This document shows, one piece after another, positions 16,201 through 20,000 of a stretch of 20,000 bases of DNA. The first letter of the stretch is position 1, and each line of letters begins with the position of its first letter. Below the pieces are notes generated by a model. It was given only the letters and a program-made list of their open reading frames with translations. It made no database searches and was not told the origin of the DNA. A program made the position numbers and the translations under genes. Source of the DNA: an uncultured virus (IMG/VR IMGVR_UViG_3300011438_000001) (lineage: Duplodnaviria > Heunggongvirae > Uroviricota > Caudoviricetes); the IMG/VR virus record IMGVR_UViG_3300011438_000001; one strand, 5' to 3'.

Positions 16201-18412
16201 CGAGAAGCACGGCAAGACTTTCCAGGAGATCATCGCCGATCCTCAAGTCGCCGCAGCAATCGAATCCTGGAAGGGGCCGAATGGACCTGGATCGGCATTC
16301 GCCAAGTTCCATTCCCTCAACGACGGGTTCTTGTCTGAAGACATGGGCCCGTTGAACGCCTACATCCCCATGGTGAATGCGACGGAAGCTTCCAAGATGG
16401 CAGCGAAGACCGGGCTGGCTTCGCTCTCCACTATGGATGATTTGATCCCGCCCAACCCTACAAATAATTTCATGACCGGTCTCGGCACCTATGAAGCGAC
16501 CGTTAATGAGATTCGCCAGAAGCTTGGTGGCGCTATTGCCGCCAATTCCAAGGGCGGGTTGATGAAAGAATTGCGAGCCCTTGGTCTTTCCAAGCCAGTC
16601 GCCATGGAGAAGGCTCTTGCCGCTGCTGATGCGCCTCCTGGTGCAGCTCCAGGCGCCGGCACGGTCATCACCTACATCCCGCCTCCAGGTTCTAAGGGCG
16701 CCTCCTCCCAGCCTAGATCCTGGTCTGGCAACGACCTCGTGACCGTCGAGATCGACCCCACCAACCCCAAGATCAAAGAGACGATGCCCAATTGGCTCTG
16801 GAAGGAGATCGAGCCTCTCTATAAGAAGAGCGATTTCGGCACCCGCGCCACCCGCTCGGTCAATCCCGTGACCTTCGAAGAAGAAGTCCATTGGAAGAAC
16901 CTTGGGGATAAGATTGCCAATGCGGCGTTGGCCACAGAACTTTACGGCCCCATCGACAATGCATATCACGCTGCCAACGTGGTCGGCGGATTTCTATTCT
17001 CCGTTCCCAAGATCGCGCAAGGCCCGATGGGGAGACTCATCGCTAATTCCCCCGCGACCAAGAAACTTTCCCTTGGCCTGCAAGTTGCCAGCGACGTGAT
17101 CGACACCGCTCGCGGCAAGGGCGGGACGCTGGATCCAAAGAATTCCATGGATCTAAACGCGATGGCGGAACTTGGTCTTCTCCCTTCCAAATATCTATCC
17201 TCCACCACCAACAAAGGGACTGGAGCTGCGTTGCAAATTCCATCTGGACGGACCCCTGGCCGCGCCATAGAAGCCGCGATGTATGGGCCGGATGGGCTCG
17301 ACGCCAGACTCCGCCTCCGCGCTTACCGCGCCCTCAAGGCAATGACCCCGGATGGCCGCACCGACACGCCTGAATTCCACAAGGCCTTCGAAGGGCTGTT
17401 GATCTACAATCAAACGGCGCAATCTCGCATTGAAAGGGCTTTGAAAGGATCCGCCGCCGGGCAATTAATGGCCCCGTTCGTCACCGCGGGATTTGGATTT
17501 CTAAAGACCGGCACCAAGGCGGTCACTGGCCAGAACGCCATGCCTTATCGGTTTGAGCATTCTGCGATGCTTGGACCAAAATATGGTGCGCAGGACGTGC
17601 CCTATCCGCAATACATGATGGACAAACTCGAGGCCCAATGGTCTGGTGGAGTGCTCGGCGCCACGATCATGTGGATGGGCATGCACAAAGCGGTGACCGG
17701 GAAAGATCCCTGGGATGATCCATCTGCCCGGCTCTTTGAAGTTCCTGTTCCCGACTCCATTCGAAAGTCCCCGCAGGGCAAATGGTATTGGGGCGATAAT
17801 CCCAAGACGCAATATATGTCGATGCGCTTCCAGACCATGGCGCCGGTGCGCGGGGCTCAAGCAACCGGGGTCAAGGGGTTTGTGGACACGCGCATGATCG
17901 GCGGGACGCCTACGCAAGCCGTTGAATCCGGCGCCAAGGACATGATCAATGCGATCGCGCATCCCCTTCTTGGTGGCCCCCTTCCATCAACCGCCATTCC
18001 CATGATCCTTGGGAACCATGCGTATCTACAATCGTTGCGTGACGCCAACGGCCGGCCGCAGCCGCAGTTCCTCTCCACCCTTCCCACCTACGAATCCCTG
18101 CCGAAGAACATCCTGGCCCGGGGCGGTCGTGGACTGGCCGGCGTGAATCCATTGATTGAAGATGCAGAATCTGGATTGATGGCGGCTTACCCAGAGTTCT
18201 TTGGCCAGATCCCGGGTTTCGAGGGGGCGCCGGATCGCTACGATGAAGGGCAGAAGGCTTTAAGAACGATGATGGATTATGTCTTCGCCGGCCATGCAGG
18301 CAAGTCGCGGCATCTGCCAGCTGAGCAGCAGAGGATCATCAAGCAGCAGATTGGGATGAAGAAGGGCGAGGCCAAGCAGACGAATCAGAAGCGGCTGCTG
18401 GGCGCCCGATAA
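13292..18412 (+). CDS. Large putative internal virion/ejection protein (1706 aa)
   Basis: The N-terminal 'RSKFPGQFDDIPDDAALGRATKETYPDQ' resembles the KYPxYxDxxDxEL motif recalled from large phage internal proteins. A Gly/Ala hydrophobic segment and a very long Pro-rich region precede a helical C-terminal ~900 aa. It is the last gene of the virion operon. Confidence 0.65.
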   Translation: MSAFPFPLGPPRSTSMSARRSIRDLGRETRSKFPGQFDDIPDDAALGRATKETYPDQHADVVDDDPFPDFSGPSQPNAPPAFRPPPTQGNVLSFGPPSPQQVQYARATTPKREPFRSTGADSALPLGPPPRSPGQVDPVRSRPGDDPYAAARLNIGADEALGAREAPGLAGAYEKHQIREVGAGAYQTLTGTDPDAPWNAPSSPVDSRFGGLNRAAVGLGMAFAPVALPLAAGAAPAATAAGAIAGMPIQAGVEHGLRYAGAGPGVSAAAGTLAGGWAGARAGRWAAGRFGGGVEPPPPVDDGSGVHVDPTRPRPTGPHHEPTPVSQARADDIEGSYYMMAQPMGDRPPYSFQEIPSLPTQSRATRPPGFQRLPPRQAPGAGPGPAAVPSAVPNETAGVAGATAPTGIPLELAAPPPYRPGLQPRQSASTIIPPSRQLGPAPIPTLPIQGAGPVQGSLLRAPVTYDPLGTSQIPGSPPGARPPIFPYDPYDPIQGPTPRPPTVLPRNAQGQPIWSENPTTTQQINLPEPMGPAAQGGGGLPRPAPLAPPGATAFLESPNPNPLSPSGLPGWDLRRNRMMAGDVAADPRSQLSQPGIAKPPSPAPLAPPAIGASPLPPPPAVPKAPLAPTTPPPRPVSALDLERLGMEPAPPTQAPPSGVLQLDPARRAKTLAELIAFRDGKKGYVGGGPGGQKAPTKFEDLPSESKLAIHRQIDQLKAADPSYVAPKPSVPAFAAAKARGLRDPTPSPSAAQIANPVTAPATTMTNGMKTGILTRLGDLAASVKNVAVRNFSNLERYGREPSAKATEAMGDNPAGAKTAYAIAQGIGAARTAAKVRMATWITDANKAAGHDANAAVNASPVQPALDAMTYSRIVGKGNQYERLANVIEQSSDPDLRTANETWLSDILGAVDSVAYDSPSGTYGSGMRGKVAEMMAEGKLDDARAYVSNAFRGLAATVRERQLPKFHDAMVEKHGKTFQEIIADPQVAAAIESWKGPNGPGSAFAKFHSLNDGFLSEDMGPLNAYIPMVNATEASKMAAKTGLASLSTMDDLIPPNPTNNFMTGLGTYEATVNEIRQKLGGAIAANSKGGLMKELRALGLSKPVAMEKALAAADAPPGAAPGAGTVITYIPPPGSKGASSQPRSWSGNDLVTVEIDPTNPKIKETMPNWLWKEIEPLYKKSDFGTRATRSVNPVTFEEEVHWKNLGDKIANAALATELYGPIDNAYHAANVVGGFLFSVPKIAQGPMGRLIANSPATKKLSLGLQVASDVIDTARGKGGTLDPKNSMDLNAMAELGLLPSKYLSSTTNKGTGAALQIPSGRTPGRAIEAAMYGPDGLDARLRLRAYRALKAMTPDGRTDTPEFHKAFEGLLIYNQTAQSRIERALKGSAAGQLMAPFVTAGFGFLKTGTKAVTGQNAMPYRFEHSAMLGPKYGAQDVPYPQYMMDKLEAQWSGGVLGATIMWMGMHKAVTGKDPWDDPSARLFEVPVPDSIRKSPQGKWYWGDNPKTQYMSMRFQTMAPVRGAQATGVKGFVDTRMIGGTPTQAVESGAKDMINAIAHPLLGGPLPSTAIPMILGNHAYLQSLRDANGRPQPQFLSTLPTYESLPKNILARGGRGLAGVNPLIEDAESGLMAAYPEFFGQIPGFEGAPDRYDEGQKALRTMMDYVFAGHAGKSRHLPAEQQRIIKQQIGMKKGEAKQTNQKRLLGAR

Positions 18413-18597
18413 GCCGACTTGCCTAAGCGGATCGACTTATGAACGGACTTGCCGGCCACCAACACTTCCAACTCACCTTCTTTGATTTGAAGTTCCAGCC
18501 CATCTGGTTTTGACCACATCAACCATTTGAGCCGATTGATCCAGCTATCGACTGCAGTCTTGTTTGGAATCCTATTTGGAGTTGGCGTTGTTGGCAT
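18385..18597 (-). CDS. Small hypothetical protein (70 aa)
   Basis: ATG lies 1 nt after the stop of 18599..19216, with GAGGA upstream. Its 3' end overlaps the 1706-aa gene by 28 bp. Confidence 0.55.
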   Translation of the reverse strand: MPTTPTPNRIPNKTAVDSWINRLKWLMWSKPDGLELQIKEGELEVLVAGKSVHKSIRLGKSAYRAPSSRF

Positions 18598-18598
18598 T

Positions 18599-19216
18599 TT
18601 ATTTCCTCAGCAAATCCGCCCAGGCCTTCCCAAACTTCTCGCCATACTCAACGGTCCAGCTCATCTCGGCGCCGCCCTCCCCGCCGTTCCAGGCCCGGGC
18701 GATCCGCGCCACCGGAACCGCACCAGCCATCCGCTTGGAGAACCGATTCCACAACCGGTCGAGTTCTAAACAGACCCACTTCTTTGCTTCAAGCTCTTCC
18801 CACAATCTGCAAGGATGGTCTTTAAACCCACGATCGGCCGCGGTGTGGAACAAAATCTGCCATGGGGAATAGCTTCCTGCAGTAGCAATAGCATTCCCCA
18901 TGGTGCAGCCAGCCATCGGCCCAGCGGGATCGAATTCCTGATCGGCGATCTGGGGCAAGGAGAATTTATTCCAGCGGGTCGAGACGATCTCATTGAAGCT
19001 GGCGCCGGTCCCGGTTAGGACTCGCCCCTGCACCGTCACGCTGAAACCTTTGGGCATGTAGGCGGGTTCAAACCTGGGCAGGTTGTTCTCGCCGCGCCTC
19101 GACTCCACCAACGCGATCGCCTTTAGAAAGAGGTTCAGCAGGGGCGCTGACTCAACCGCCGATGGCAGATGGGAAAACAGAGCAACAGTGGGGTCAGCGG
19201 GGATCGGCATTGGCAT
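18599..19216 (-). CDS. Lytic transglycosylase (SLT/lysozyme-like fold), probable endolysin (205 aa)
   Basis: Motif I AIALVES carries the catalytic Glu and is followed by RFEPAY. Motif II variant SYSPWQI...TA...GF and motif III ARAWNGG with a downstream Y are present. AAGGAG/AAGG lies upstream. Confidence 0.8.
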   Translation of the reverse strand: MPMPIPADPTVALFSHLPSAVESAPLLNLFLKAIALVESRRGENNLPRFEPAYMPKGFSVTVQGRVLTGTGASFNEIVSTRWNKFSLPQIADQEFDPAGPMAGCTMGNAIATAGSYSPWQILFHTAADRGFKDHPCRLWEELEAKKWVCLELDRLWNRFSKRMAGAVPVARIARAWNGGEGGAEMSWTVEYGEKFGKAWADLLRK

Positions 19217-19466
19217 CAGCCTTCTTCTCCTTTGTGCTTGAATCCTTTATGTGCGAACAGATCGGGCAGCACTTCCCACAGAATATCTCAACCGTGATCT
19301 GCCTGCCATGCCTCCCCTGCACCGGCTTGCTCACATAATGCGCGGGGTTGTTGGGATCCCCCGCCGGGATCCGCCGGCTAAACGCATCAGGATGAACCAC
19401 AGAGGCGTCTCCAGTGCAGAACACGCCTAGCGGATGCGGCATGTAGGTCGTGCAGGTTGCGATCAT
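19194..19466 (-). CDS. Small Cys-rich putative zinc-binding protein (90 aa)
   Basis: N-terminal C...C and C-terminal CGKCCPIC. The start overlaps the upstream stop (ATGA at 19463-19466). Confidence 0.55.
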   Translation of the reverse strand: MIATCTTYMPHPLGVFCTGDASVVHPDAFSRRIPAGDPNNPAHYVSKPVQGRHGRQITVEIFCGKCCPICSHIKDSSTKEKKADANADPR

Positions 19467-19894
19467 TTGGCGGTCTCCAAGAATCTAACCAGCTTGTGTT
19501 GACCATGTGCATACTGCACCTCGCGAAAGGTGCTCTCGCCGATATACCCACCAACGTTGAGCACCAGGACTTCGTCGGCCATATCAATCTTCTGGCAGTG
19601 GAGGATGTCGAGCTTTTCCTTTTCGGCTTCTGTTGCTCCCACCCCTTCGCCATGGACATTCGCCGAATGTGGATAAAACCCGACCGACAAAACGATCTTC
19701 CCGGCCATTGTCTCGCGGTAGTTGGCTTCCTGGAAGGCATCGTAAAATCGAGTGCTGCCACAAAGGCAAACGATCTTGGGTTTGGTGGCGTATCTAACCT
19801 GCGAGGGAAGATGACAGCCTTCTATGTCCCCGCACGCGGCACATGGTGCATTGGGATGCATTGAATGTTTCCCCTGCCATTTCATGGGCATCAT
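19463..19894 (-). CDS. Nucleoside 2-deoxyribosyltransferase-like (flavodoxin-fold) phage protein (143 aa)
   Basis: Contains KIVCLCGSTRF...LH.QKIDMADEVLVLNVGGYIGESTFREVQYA...K.VRFLE, the signature of a widespread phage NDT-like family including the conserved Glu. It has an extra N-terminal CAAC...CH segment. Confidence 0.75.
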   Translation of the reverse strand: MMPMKWQGKHSMHPNAPCAACGDIEGCHLPSQVRYATKPKIVCLCGSTRFYDAFQEANYRETMAGKIVLSVGFYPHSANVHGEGVGATEAEKEKLDILHCQKIDMADEVLVLNVGGYIGESTFREVQYAHGQHKLVRFLETAK

Positions 19895-20000
19895 CAGCTC
19901 GGCCTCTCTTTCTTTTCATTCTCCACCAAGCTTCCTGCCCGGTGGATCGTCACCAGATACTCAACGTCCTGGGGCGGCTGATCCGCCCGGGGCATCGTCA
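19894..20000 (-). CDS. 3' end of a gene entering from beyond the window
   Basis: The frame is open from the window edge (...TMPRADQPPQDVEYLVTIHRAGSLVENEKKERPS*). Its TGA overlaps the next ATG (TGATG). Confidence 0.45.
   Translation of the reverse strand, partial: TMPRADQPPQDVEYLVTIHRAGSLVENEKKERPS

Noticed and set aside
15617..16969. 450-aa antisense ORF
   Set aside because: Shadow of the 1706-aa gene; its composition mirrors sense-strand codon bias.

Overview
This window is most likely the late/virion region of a tailed, podovirus-like phage or prophage of moderately high GC. The host may be in Acidobacteriota, inferred only from recalled similarity of the 7TM protein and Cys-peptide to families from that phylum. 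The + strand (1-18412) is a tightly packed gene run. It holds the end of a probable tail protein, a 188-aa fibre-like protein and a 1092-aa modular tail-fibre-like protein. Three exported or membrane-anchored proteins follow behind a leaderless promoter, then a cluster of small membrane/holin-like genes. That cluster includes a ~7-TM protein and a small gene ending in a P-x-P-x-C-x-P...C peptide. The run ends with three large low-complexity proteins (621, 626, 1706 aa) resembling DNA-ejection/internal virion proteins. The - strand (18385-20000) carries a convergent block with a lytic-transglycosylase-like enzyme, a Cys-rich protein and a nucleoside 2-deoxyribosyltransferase-like protein. Two observations stand out: (1) the fibre-like protein has an apparent Sec signal peptide and repeated C-x-G-x-C motifs; (2) a candidate peptide/7TM receptor pair flanks a holin-like gene. 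All functional calls come from motif recognition by eye; no database searches were run.
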